Part shown: one piece after another, positions 51,865-64,000 of the stretch
Numbering within the stretch: position 1 is the stretch's first letter
Layout: every line of letters begins with the position of its first letter
Source of the DNA: Neodothiora populina
Lineage: Eukaryota
DNA: 64,000 nucleotides
NCBI RefSeq assembly: GCF_041146345.1
Contig: NW_027191402.1
Coordinates: 620,001 to 684,000, forward strand
Direction of reading: 5' to 3'
The notes under the pieces: generated by a model
The model's database searches: none
The model's input: only the letters and a program-made list of their open reading frames with translations
Told to the model about the DNA's origin: nothing
Translations under genes and position numbers: made by a program

Positions 51865-54800
51865 TCACTTCCCAAACAAGTGTTTGCCAGGAGCGATGTC
51901 TGCGGAATGAGGTCTTATCGTACCGCTTTCACCCATTGTAGCCGCCAGGCTTGATGTGTCTTCGTCGACTCTGTGTCCTTGGATCGGGGCCTCGTCGTGC
52001 TCATCGACTGTCAGCCTTTCCACGTTCTCCCGGGTCAATTTTTGATCGCTTGACTGAGGATTATGCTCGTCATCGTCCGCCGTCCAACTGACTAGATCTT
52101 TTGGATCAGCTGCGCACGCTATTAGTTGCTCATCTCTCAATTGTATGGCCTTCTCAACATTATGTAAATGTTGCATGGCTTGGCTATCGGGCGTCTCGTT
52201 TGAGCGGGCGAGAGCTGAGTTGTTCGCGAAGTCCAGCTGACTCAATCTAGATTGTAATTTCTCTGGACTTGCGGGTTTTCCAGCCGTGAGCGCAGGTGCT
52301 TTGACTTGCTGCGAAAATGCTGGTTGTGCAGTCTGCCACAAAATCAGCATCGTCTTCCTCTGCATGCCTCAATGAATTAATTCTCACCTGAGTGCCTTTG
52401 CCGCTTGCCGTACTTATCAGGCCTCTGCGCCTCGTGTTTGCCCACTTGACCAGCATTTTGTCAAGAATCTTACCCTTTACGGGTTTGGCTAGATAGTCGT
52501 TCATACCAGCGCTTTCACATTTTTCGCGATCGCCTTGGATCGCACTAGCGGTCATCGCGACGATTGGGGTATTTTGTATCTCCCTATTGCTCGCATAAGG
52601 AGCCAAGTGCCGGATGGTATGCGTAGCTTTGTAGCCATCCATGATAGGCATCTGAACATCCATCAATATCACATCAGGCTTTGGATGGGTGGAGCTTTCA
52701 GGCTTGACAAGATAGTCAAGCGCTTCTTGGCCATTCCAAACAGCATTGACGGAGAAGCCAAGTTTCTTGATAGTTTTCAAAGCAATCTGTTGGTTTATCG
52801 GGTTATCTTGAAGATTGTTAGCTCGCGTCCCACGAGATCAGATTGATCTACTGACCCTCTACCACCAGCACGTGTGTTTTGTGGCGCTCTTCAGCAGATA
52901 ACTCATTGACTTTCTCCAGATTTGGCGACGATCCATAACGGGATTCGGAAGGTGTCTGTGTATATCCAAGTCTACCGGGAGAGTTAGGTCTGGGAGAAGC
53001 ACTATAATCAGACACGGAAAGATCGGACTGTAGCCGATCTGGGATTGGGCCCATATCGATAAGCGCGGAGTCTCCCGAATTATAGGGGGCTTTGTTGAAT
53101 GGTATCCAGAATGTCGCGCGCGTTCCGACCCCCAGAGATGATAACAAGGATATTTCTCCGTGCATGAGTTCGACAAGCTGCCTCTATAATCAGTACCTTG
53201 CATCGCATTGGAGTGTGTTTCGTATCTCACGTTTTTACAGATTGTCAAGCCGAGCCCTGTGCCACCAAAGCGTCTTGCTGTGGAGGAATCGGCTTGCGAG
53301 AAAGGTTGAAACAGTCGTTTCCGTACTTCCTCCTCAATGCCAATGCCGGTGTCTTGGATCATGAACTCAACTGTGACTGTGTCTGTGGTCTCCTCACGAA
53401 TCTTGACTCCCATCTGAACAGAACCCTCAGAAGTGAACTTGATCGAATTTGTTAGCAGATTTGTCAAGATCTGGCGAAGTCGACCCGGGTCGCCCATGAC
53501 TTTGAGTCGTTCCAGCTCATGAGTTTCGTCCAGGTAAGTGAGACCTTTTCTTTCTGCTGCGAAGCTGAGCATCTTGTTGACGTCGCGGACGACTACATTC
53601 AAATCAAATTGCACCTCTTCGATGTCGAGCCTTCCACTCTCGACTTTCGAGAAATCGAGGATGTCGTTGATGACGGTCAATAGCCCGTTAGCAGAGCGCT
53701 GAAGGTTCTCGGCACATTCGCGCTGATCCACCGACAACGGCTGCTCAGAGTCATCGAGTAACAATTCCGCCATACCAATCACACCTGCAATGGGCTACAG
53801 AGTTGGTCAGTAAGTATCAGTCATGCAATCCCTTCTGGGAAGACGGAGAGCTATTCGACGCAAACAACATCTGTGACTTACGGTGCGGATTTCGTGGGAC
53901 ATCTACGAGCATCGTTAGCAGATGGCAATAAGATAGATGTCAGATACTCACATTCGCCAGGAATTGACTCTTCATTTTACTCGCTTCCTTAGCCGCTTCA
54001 CTTTGCGCTAAAAGGCGTCCATTTTCCCTGTCCCTTTCGCGAAGTTGCTCTTCTCTTTTCCTTAATTCTGTCACCTCCATACTGACAGCTACTACACCGT
54101 CAACAAAAAGATTGCCTTCAACACCGCCGTTTCGTTCTTGTCTATGAAGAGGTATGAAGCGTGTTCTGAACCAACGATTGGTGTCATCTTGGTGAATTTC
54201 AACAGTTTCGTCTTTCAGTGTTCCTGACAAAATCCCTTCGATATAGTATTCGTAATCGCGGCCATCTGGAAGTTGATGATCCTTGAGCAAGTCGTAAATA
54301 TCGCGTCCTATGAGCTCTGCTCGCACTTCATCGTCGTTTCGATCCGGCGAGCGTTTTCCTAACAGTGATCCTTCAAGCATCGAGAGTCTATGCTGCTGAT
54401 CAACTGTCCATAATGTAATTTTAGCCATTTCTACCACCCTGAGCAATTGCGATCGTGTCTGCTTGGCTATCTCGCGTGCTAGGACTTGCTCGTGTATGTC
54501 GGTACATGTTCCAAACCTGGAGCGTCGGTGTCAGATAATAGCCATGCCAGATGAAGGGTTACAGGAAGCGCTCTTCTTACCACTTGACGATGGTACCCTC
54601 ATCATCTCTCATCGGTAGAGCACCTCCGAGCATCCATCTCCACTCGCCATCCTTAGATAGACATCTGTACTCGGTACGGTACTCCTCTCCAGTCTTCAGA
54701 CTGTGGTGCCATCTTTCATATCTATTAGCATGTGGTCATGACCCAAGAAAGTCAAATGTCATCAGCGCTTGTTCATACCGTTGTGCCGTCAACTTCATGT

Positions 54801-56472
54801 CGTCAGGATGGAAGGGGTTGCGCCAGCCTTGGCCAAGACTTTGTTCCACGGTCAGTCCAGTGTACTCGTACCAGCGTTGAGAGTAGTAGTCGTGTTGGCC
54901 TTCGGGTGTTGTTGTCCAAATCATCTGAGGAATCATATTGGTGATGCTCTCAAATTGGCGCTCATTCTGGACTTGTTGGGCGATAATCGTGTTTGCATAC
55001 ACCGTAACGTCGTGGAAGATGACAAATCCGCCAAGAAACTCGCCCGTGTCGTCGTCCAGAATAGGCTCGCCGTCAACATCGAAGAGCATCTGAGCACCAG
55101 TCTTAGGATGATACATGCCCACTCGGCGATTTTTGAAAGCCATTCGCCGGCTCATCAGATGCATGATCGGATATTCCTCCATTTCAAGTTGGCTCGAAAA
55201 ATCACCCTTCCATAAGATATATCGCGCAAGAAAGTCTCTCTGATCCTGTACCGAATGAAAAGCTTCTTCTTCATCAGGAAGTATCAGGCGAATGGCAGCC
55301 CTGTTTGGAATACCGAACGACTCGTCTTTCCACATGGCGAAAGCAGGATCGTTGAGAGAATTAAGAAGCGCGTCTTTCAACCTATTAGACTTGGAGAAGA
55401 GACTCGGTTCGGTCGCAGCAGTGGCAGTAAGGACAGGGGGCCCATTGGGTAGCGATGGTGGCGGATTCACAGAGGGACTCGCGCTGGCACTGCCCTTGTT
55501 GGAGTGATGAGCACGACGACTACTCGAGCTGGAGCTTGAACCAGATCCGTAACTCGTGGCATGGTGCGTTGTCTGTGTACGGGCAACGTTGCGATGGCTG
55601 GTACGCGAAACGGAAGAACGAGTATCAGTGGCAGACGTGAAGGTCAGAGTGTAGAACTGAGAATCGTCGATAGTCCAAACAGATATTATGACGGTGGACT
55701 GTATGTGGCTTGCGATATCCTTCTCAGATCCTGACTTGTTGCTTTCTGACTTGGTAAACTTGGGAAGACCGGTATGAGGATGGCGGTTTGTGGAGAAAAC
55801 GACATCGACAGCAACATCGTGGACCGTAGTACGAGCAAGATTGGCCCGAGTCAAGGGAATGCTTCGAGGTGGACTTCTCGCGCCCGAGTGATCATCGGCT
55901 GTCGGGGTTACGTCTCCGCCGTCAGATGCGGTCTGGTCTGCTTCAAAGGCACTCATCGCGTCTTCCTTGACACTCTCCAGGAAATTGTCCCACGGGATCC
56001 AGACCGGAGATGCATTTTGTAACAGATCCACCCCGAGAGAGGCCATGGTCACACCACGAAATATGTCGGTCGCGGTCAAGAAGTCCTGGCTGTTTCGTCG
56101 AGCGGTCGATGCGGCGGCATGACTGGAGCCTGTATCGAGATAAGGCATTTGGAGATCTACTCCCAACAATCTCCCCATGGCTTCGTTGGCAAGGACGATG
56201 GCCTTTTCACTCGATAGCACCAGAAGTGGCATCGGGAGATACTGGAGCGCCGCCAAAGCCATTTCGGTCTGAGTGGCTGAGGGTATAGACATGGGCGAAG
56301 TTGGCGAGTGAGCGGCGTAAACATCTTCATTAGTGTTTTGCAGGTCAAAGTAGCCGCCGCCGCTCAATTCCTCCTCTTTGACCGCCGTCTTTGACCCGGA
56401 AATGGCAGTGTTCAAGGCGAGACCTGCCACAGCAGGCTCACTCTTATGGGTGCGACCTGTGTTCTGGTCCAT
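51865..56472 (-). CDS. Cytosolic PAS-domain hybrid histidine kinase (probably fungal group V, HHK2-like), 8 exons
   Basis: Exons 56472-54779, ~54712-54581, 54516-53952, 53902-53882, 53794-53231, 53177-52856, 52806-52388, 52332-51865. PAS/PAC (IWTTTPEG..HPDD..WFGTCTD), H-box FLANMSHEIRTP, N-box NLLTNSIKFT, G-boxes DTGIG and GGTGLGL, receiver VLVVEDN..ILMDVQMP..AMTAS..YLAKP. Group assignment is from memory. Confidence 0.93.
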
Positions 56473-58153
56473 GGCTCACGCCGCAACGCTGTCCACCCAG
56501 TCACTGCCGCAGCATAGTCCTATGCGCACCGCAGTATGGCTCAAACGATTGGACGATCAGGTGATTAGTCCGACAAAGAAAAACCCTTGGATGCGCTTTG
56601 GATGAAGCTGAAGGACCAGAAAATGCGTGTGCGACAGTCAATGTTTGACCAAGACTAGCTACTGAGGTACGAGCGGCTCAAAAGTACCAGGTTGGTCCGC
56701 GAGAGCTGGATTAGTAGAGAAAGCTGCTTGCGTCTCCAGTGTTTCGGTACTTCCGATAGCGAGGTGGAATTGAGTCCAGAGGGATGCGACAGCAGAAGTT
56801 GAGAGGTCAGTCGCACTGCAAATGTGCTGTGGAGGAAGTAAGATGTCAAAGGCCCCGTCCCGATTTCAGCATTTGCTGCATCTGACTACCGTTCGCGTCT
56901 GGATCCGGTAGACTCTGAGCTAATGGAAGTTACAGCAGATTAGTGAGTGCTAAACGACGTCACAAATGTAAGAGGACAGAAAACCCCGGAGATGGTTAGG
57001 TAGGTAGTGTATGGACAGATGGATACCCGTACAGTGCATTCCTTTAAAGTGCAATTGTACGTCTGTGACGCAGAGGAATGCGTTTCATCTACTTCGTGTT
57101 GGAAAGTCCTGTTCATGCATACAACTTTGTTCGCAACATCTGAGTAATGGCGCGTGCGAGACACTCATGCTTCACAGTAAGGTATGGACTCGCACATCTC
57201 GGGTGCGACAAGCATGCTACGTTACCCTTTGATGTTATTCGCAGTGTCAGGACCACTGTGCCTCCCGCCTAGATCACAGCTTACAGAGGAAAAGAGCCTC
57301 AAAAATCATACACTTGACGGCCTTTGGTTAGCAGAACGAGACTCTCATCACTCAGTGCTTCCAGCGTTCGTAGGGTTCTGGGGGACACTTTGGAGGGGCA
57401 CCCAGGTTCTCGGCTCTTGACCAGTGCGGAAGCGTTGTGAAGCGTGGCTCTTCCGTCGAGCTCCCTTACATTAGTGCAGATTGCAGATCGGGGGGATCGC
57501 AGTTCGCCAAATCGAGAACGGCCCCTGGTGCCTCTGGTGAACCACATTGCTTCGCGCTGTTTAAATCCCGATGGATTTTGTGGGACCTGGCTGCAGCTGT
57601 GATCTCAAAAGGACATTTTTCTTCCACTACAAGTATATTGTACGTGGCTGCACTGACCCATCTTTGCAACTCTACGCATTGTAAGCATTAATGGCGGACT
57701 TACAACATTTTTCAGTGGACATGAAAGTTTTTCTTGGCAATAGGAGTAGCTGACGAGGTACAAGTACAGTATATGCTCGGACCTTGTATGATAGAGCCGA
57801 GCGATCGTGTCCTGTATGATCCTGACCGGTGCATACATGTAATGAGAGATTATCCCGATATACAAGTGATTTTAGTTTGCAAGATGTGACTCTACAGTGA
57901 AGGAAATATTTCCGTGGTAGAATTATAGTAATTGTATCAAGGTACGATGCCGAGTGGAAGCGCCAAGATGCGATTTTGATGGTCCGGGAGCCGGGACACT
58001 CAAAGTGCACTACGTTACCCAGGGGTCAGGACAGCGAGTGCTCACTCTTGACGACAATCTTAAAGGTGACTTACCGAATTGTTGTCCTGCTCAGCTTATG
58101 CAGAACAGTGTCCGAGTCCAAAAGTGAAGGAGAAGCAAAACCACGAATATTAG

Positions 58154-59825
58154 ATGGGCATACCAACTTCAATACAGGCTTTGTCAGTGCCGGCTGTTGT
58201 ATTACTGATCTGCTTTCTTTCATACACATCGCAGATTTTATTTCTTTACATTGAACCACAGCCACTAACCTTTGGACAATCTGCTCGCTTCAATGGTCTC
58301 GTCTTAGCCATTTTCATTTGCTACTACCGAGCCTGTACTACTGACCCAGGACGGGTACCTCTAGGATGGGAGAACACAAATTCCAATCCCGACAGCAACG
58401 ATAAAGCAAGCCTACAACAGAGGCAACGGTGGTGTCGAAGATGTGACTTACCTAAGCCGCCACGAGCTCACCACTGTAAGACTTGTCAAAGGTATACGGG
58501 GAGCCACTGCAGGGTAACAATAGTGACTTGGGAATGACGACCTGACATGCTTCCAGATGTATCCTGAAAATGGACCACCACTGGTTAGTGCCTCAAGAAA
58601 ATTGACGTCTGCATTTCCTCCCGCTCACAGCTGACTCGTGATATGCAATTAGTCCTTGGACTGGTAAGTCCTCAAACTTTCGTTACCACACGCCTGTCGA
58701 TTGAATCGGAAGATAGCCAATTGCGTATCCCACACCACTCTACCTCACTTTGTACGCTTCCTCTTTTATGCAGTCACTTCCATGACGTATCTTGAGTACT
58801 TTCTCATGCAGAGAGCGCAAGTTCTGTGGTATAAAAGGGATCTACCCAGTGTAAGTCTTGAATGAGAGAGCATTCTTACCCTTACCTTAGCTCTACCATC
58901 GAGACATTTGCTGAGCAAAGCTCTAGTATTTGGGCCCTAGCGCATTACAGCTTGCACATCTTTTTGTACTCATCATAGTCAACAGCTTAGTACTATTTGC
59001 GTTGTTTGTATTATATGTACGTACCTTGTGGTGCCTCGGGGCCAATACCACAACCATAGAAGGCTGGGAGATTGAGCGCCACGCTACTCTTGTCCGGAGA
59101 GCTCGCCATCTTGGGGGATTTCTGGATGGACCTTCGGGCACGAGAATCAAAATTACGAAGCAGGAGTTCCCTTACGACATTGGAATATATCAGAACTTGG
59201 CACAAGGTATGGGTGGCCATCTGCACACCTGGCTATGGCCCTTTGCAAGAACACCAACGATGGCAAGTGGTCTAGCTTTTCCAGGAAATGGCTTCGAAGG
59301 TAAATACATCCCACAGGTATCGGCAGCGAGTCTGGGAGACTCACCACAGATATATCCTTCACAGATCCCGGAACTTCATGGCCTCCACCTGACCCTGACC
59401 GTATGTTTCAATTCCCGACTAGAACATTCGACCCTGCCCTCGCCTTCACTCAGTCCATGGACCCAATGGACTTTCGACAACGACAAGATGCCGACCTGTT
59501 GCGTCAGAGACAAGTCGCAGCAGATGGAATGGTCAGACGTAGGCAACCGTTCCACACCCGATACGATCAGCGTGAGGCCAGAGATCAGTACGAAGTGGAG
59601 GATGATGTGTATGCAGACCAAGACGAAACAGAAGATTTGCCGAATGACTCACATTCGATCACGCCTTTGGCTGAGGGAGAAGAAAGCTGGCGCAACTCTG
59701 AGGGTGAGCGACTAGCGGACTTTGGTGTGGACGAAGACATAGAGTTCTACGACGAAGACGATCTTCCGCTATCTGAGATCATGAAGAGGAGAAAGATGCA
59801 ACATAAGCCAGACATTACTCGTTGA
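58154..59825 (+). CDS. PFA4: DHHC palmitoyltransferase Pfa4, 6 exons
   Basis: Exons 58154-58491, 58557-58583, 58653-58663, 58717-58850, 58927-59299, 59365-59825 give [65 protein letters not shown]. Confidence 0.92.
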
Positions 59826-60059
59826 CCTTGAAGTCATGTGGGGCATGATAGGTAAAGCATTCACGTGCACCGATTGCGGAGCACAAGATCCGATCTCGGA
59901 GCATTGGTCATGCACTCCTCTTTCCACCCTCAAAAGATAAGATATCACGCCTTGTGGAGGCTACATTAAATCTCTATAAGTACAATCGATATCTTGTGCA
60001 AGGGACAGGTTCGAACATTCTATCCAATTCTCTGCTCCTAAGTCTTTCAAAAGCGATAA

Positions 60060-61143
60060 ATGGCGGGGAAAAGCGACAATTGGTCCACGGAGGTAAGCTA
60101 GGTTCCCCACAATCTCCCCAGCTTTTGTCTATGTATAGCACAGATGTTGGAGTATTCCCCACCCCTCCAAAGATGATGGATGGTATACAGTACTCGTAGT
60201 GAGAGATAATACCATGACAGCTTCCACTCAGGGGACCACGCGTTACTTGGGCGTCCTCAAGATTCACAGCTAATATCAGACAGGCCTACGCTGCTGCTGC
60301 GTCCTTTGTACCCAAGCTTGCCACCAAGGTTGTATCGTATCTCGCAGTGGGCGAGAACGATCACATATTAGACATCGGCTGTGGCGATGGACCTCTGACG
60401 GCACAAATTGCTGCGTCTGCATCGAAAGGATGGGTGCTGGGCCTGGACGCATCACCCAACTTCATCACGACCGCGAAGTCAAAGTACACGACGGGTAACT
60501 GCACCTTTCGTCTGCAAGACTGCACTCAGATGAAGTCGTGTGCAGTTGCTATCAACGGTAAATGGGACAAGGTACGAGCTCTTACTTTCCCTGATCCTCA
60601 AGCAATTTCGATGACTGACTTCATACACAGGTCTTCAGCAACGCTGCTCTACATTGGATCCTCAGGAATCCGGACACAAGGACAGATGTTTTCACAGACA
60701 TACATGCGGCTCTCAAACCCAACGGGCTTTTCGTCTGCGAATTCGGCGGCAAAGGTAATATCGCCGAAGTGCACGCGGCGATCCTGTCCGCGCTCGTGCA
60801 GTACGGTGTATCCATCGACCAGGCAAGAGAATCATGTCCGTGGTTCTTCCCCAGCGAGAAGTGGCTTCACGATAAGCTGCAAGAAACCGGCTTCGAAGTG
60901 GAGAAGGTCGAGTTGGAGAATCGACCTACTAAGTTGACGCCCAAGTCCGCGGATGGCAGCGCAGGTCTGCAGGGGTGGATCAAGTTGATGGGCGCGGAGA
61001 TGCTCAAGGCTGTCGATGAGGGTTTGAGAGAGCAGGTGGTTCGAAGCGCTAGTGAGATTCTGGAGACTATCATCACGAGGGAGGAAGATGGTAGTCAGTG
61101 GATCGGATATGTGCGTATCCGAGCAGTGGCTAGGAAAGCATGA
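60060..61143 (+). CDS. Class I SAM-dependent methyltransferase (trans-aconitate methyltransferase-like), 3 exons
   Basis: Exons 60060-60092 (MAGKSDNWSTE), 60284-60571 (AYAAAASFVPKLA..ILDIGCGDG..GLDASP), 60631-61143 (VFSNAALHW..PWFFPS..GYVRIRAVA). Confidence 0.88.
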
Positions 61144-61942
61144 ATGGATTTGTCAAGGCTGCCACAATACACCTCAACATGCTGTTTTCTCGCGATTGAT
61201 ATATGACGACTTGCTCTGGTTGCATAAGTGCCGACTCAACTGGGCTAATGGAGTCCATCTTCCATTAGTAATCCTAAGTTTGGACAGAGGTCAACAATGG
61301 CGATAACTCATCATCACTAAACCTTGCCCCAATCCTGCAACAGCAAAGGCCACTCACCATATGCTGAAAATGCATGACCAAAACCAAAACACACCACTGC
61401 CTCTCTACCCACGAATACGACACTACACAAAACCTCGAAATCCACAAAACGATTTCTCTCTCTCACATGTGCAGTTCTTCCCTACGATCAACAAGAACAA
61501 TCAGTCTTCAACCAATTCAACTACAGTCAATAGAAACAGAATGTATGACGTAGTGCAAACAAAAATAAACCCACTCTCGATTTCCCCACAAGATGCACTA
61601 CAAGATCCACCACCCAGCCATCATCACCACACGATGTAGTTATAGTGCGCATTATCAACACTCTCTATTTGTGGTCTACAGCACATTCATTTTCTGCGAC
61701 TGCAGATCTGTTTATTATCTTATCAATATACGGTCAAGCAAGTCCCAGCGTTCGGCCTCGTTCGCTAGCGGTTCGATTGGAGTTGTACATCACACATATC
61801 TAACCCCCGAGTCCGCCGAGCCCATATATATCTCGAGAGGCAAAAGCAACTTAACAAGAGGAAACCAGGAAACCATTTGCTCCAAAAGAGAGATAGCAAC
61901 AAGAGGAATCAGCAGATACAAGCTGAACCTAAACCCCCGAAA

Positions 61943-63236
61943 ATGGGCGTGATCCGCATCCCCTACACAGCGCCGCTCCCGCCACCGACAATCATCCCGT
62001 CCTCAGCAACCACTGTCCCCGGCGCCATTGCTGCCGTGCGCGAGTTTCTTTCTAGTTCCTCTATCGATGCGTCGACGACGAGCAATATCACCAAGAGACT
62101 ATCAATACCGGAAAAAACAAGAGCAGGGCCTTCGAAGACGGTATTGCTCACCGGAGCAGGCATATCCGTCGCGTCAGGGCTGGCGGATTACAGAGGCACA
62201 AAGGGCACGTATACGCTGAACAAGACCTACAGGCCGATTTACTTTCATGAGTTTGCTGCTAGTCATGAGGCGAGGAAGAGGTACTGGGCCAGGTCGTTCC
62301 TTGGGTGGACGACGCTGAATAGGTCAAGGCCGAATGCTGCGCATCACGCTGTGGCGAAGTTGGGGGATATGGAGGTTCTTTCTAGTGTTATTACGCAGAG
62401 TGAGTCGCTTCGTTATTCTTTTTGGTTATCTAATCTATGATGGCGTGAGGCGCTGACATGTGGGGAAAAAAGACGTCGATTCATTCCACCCGAAAGCGCA
62501 TCCCGGTATGCGAACCCTCGAACTGCATGGCTATTTACGGAGCGCAGTCTGTCTATCTTGTCGTACCGAATATGATCGTGCCAAGTTCCAAGATGATCTG
62601 GCAAAACTCAACCCAGCCTGGGCAGACTTTCTCGCCGAAATGCTGCAATCTGGCGCGCTCACGACGGAGAACCCTGAAGAGCGAAGGAAAAGAGGGTTGA
62701 AGACGAATCCGGACGGTGATGTGGACATACCAGGTGTCAAGTATGGGACCTTCCGCTATCCACCATGTCCCACTTGTCTCGCGAGTCCTCCTGTGGCTGA
62801 GGACGGGACGCGAAAAGTGGTCGAAATCGACGACGATGGTGCATGGTCTGCCAAATCCAACGCGGGTGTCCTGAAACCGGCGGTCATCATGTTTGGAGAG
62901 AGTATCCCTGGCGCAGTCAAGACCGCGGCAGAGGAGGCTATTGACGAGGCCGACAGAGTGCTCGTGCTCGGATCCTCACTTGCTACATATTCTGCATGGC
63001 GCTTGATAAAACGGGCAAAAGATGCCGGCAAGGGCATTGGTGTAATCAATCTTGGTGGAGTTCGGGGTGAAGAGCAGTTCTTCTCTGATGTCCCTGCTCA
63101 CAACACTGGCAAGTATGCGGTTAGGTGTAGCCACAACCTGGAACAACTGCTGCCTGAAGTTGTGAAGGCGTTGGAACTTCCAGCGGCTCCTCTAGCACGC
63201 CCCGTGTTCCAGCCAGCAAGTTGGGCATATCGGTGA
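61943..63236 (+). CDS. Sirtuin, class II (SIRT4-like) NAD-dependent deacylase, 2 exons
   Basis: LTGAGISVASGLADYRG, RKRYWARSFLGW, ITQ|NVD across intron 62400-62472, ELHG..CLSC, NPDGD, CPTC, LKPAVIMFGE, LGSSL. Confidence 0.92.
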
Positions 63237-63553
63237 AGACCTTTCGGAGCGGTGAGGAAACAATGGCACGGCTCACTCGGCCCAGCTGAATAGTATCATC
63301 GTCAAGGGCGTCGCATGAGCCAGATGGACTCGTCGTCCCCCAATGCGATCGCATCAAGGCATTCGACTGGTGTATGAGAGCCATAGTTAGGCGCATACGT
63401 GGGGACGCCTCGGAAAGACATGTCTTGCACCACAGACTGTCCGGCGATTGGTCCCTGACTTCACAGTATCAGGAGCTGTGACTGCGACGCCGAACGTCGC
63501 ACCGCTCCAGGTGGAGTTATGTTCTGATCAATGTAGGCACACCCTCGAAATGG

Positions 63554-64000
63554 TTACGCTAGTTCTCTTTCCTGTTTTGCCACGACGACCCGTTCCCAGG
63601 CGGCTTTTTCGAAACGACCCAGCTTGTTCCAGAAATGACGTCCTGCCTCGTGTGCCCGGATCTTGCTCAATAGTGCGGCCACCATCTCTCGCACATCAGT
63701 CCTCGGATGGAAGAGACCGAGCGCCAAGTAGAAAAGACCTCCGTCACCCACGCTGCTGAGCGCAGTCGCTGAACCCGATGACGGTGAGATATTAACAAGC
63801 ACGCCGAGCAATTGGTTGATCTGCTCGTAGGTATTTATGCGAGCGCATATAGCAACATATATGGCGGCGCTATTGTCGGAACCCAAGCGCAGCTTTGTCA
63901 GTTTATCGTGGAGATGTTGTAGATCGAGGTCTTGTATCGGACGTAGCGTGTACAAAACGGCAAAGTCTTGCACGAAATTATAGTAGGAACGCGTACTGCG
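63554..64000 (-). CDS. mesA: 3' end of MesA/Afi1 polarity-axis stabilisation protein (truncated by window edge)
   Basis: C-terminal block INTYEQINQLL..GGLFYLALGLFHP..HEAGRHFWNKLGRFEK resembles MesA/Afi1; ORF is open to the window end. Confidence 0.7.
   Translation of the reverse strand, partial: RSTRSYYNFVQDFAVLYTLRPIQDLDLQHLHDKLTKLRLGSDNSAAIYVAICARINTYEQINQLLGVLVNISPSSGSATALSSVGDGGLFYLALGLFHPRTDVREMVAALLSKIRAHEAGRHFWNKLGRFEKAAWERVVVAKQERELA

Noticed and set aside
52247..52860. Apparent frameshifts in the histidine kinase receiver and C-terminus
   Set aside because: Resolved by canonical introns 52855-52807 and 52387-52333.
60093..60283. Intronic box C/D snoRNA in the 191-nt methyltransferase intron
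   Set aside because: Only an imperfect C box (ATGATGG) and no CTGA D box.

Overview
Gene-dense nuclear DNA from a filamentous ascomycete (short GT-AG introns with CTRAY branch points; Pezizomycotina-type proteins). The lineage cannot be pinned down from sequence alone. About 21 protein-coding genes can be assembled across introns: NAT3, a BCAS3-like protein, the high-affinity cAMP phosphodiesterase PDE2, COX5, an LRR protein, PP1/GLC7, HSP90, a septin-like GTPase, an NTF2-RRM (Bre5/G3BP-like) protein, a SelW/Rdx protein, DUF1295, flbC, a PAS hybrid histidine kinase, PFA4, a SAM methyltransferase, a SIRT4-class sirtuin, the 3' end of mesA/AFI1, and four hypotheticals. No CRISPR, rRNA, intact tRNA or intact transposon is visible. 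The most notable observations are: (1) a ~211-bp mitochondrial nad5 insertion (NUMT) with in-frame TGA=Trp and GTAT at both junctions, inside a repeat-rich 4-kb gap between GLC7 and HSP90; (2) a degenerate receiver (CheY-like) domain at the PDE2 N-terminus; (3) a -1 frameshift in COX5 at a C-run; (4) the kinase phospho-His on its own 21-nt microexon; (5) a hairpin-forming NAT3 intron that buries an in-frame alternative donor; (6) alternative PP1 C-termini. I did not find a convincing new multi-gene system.
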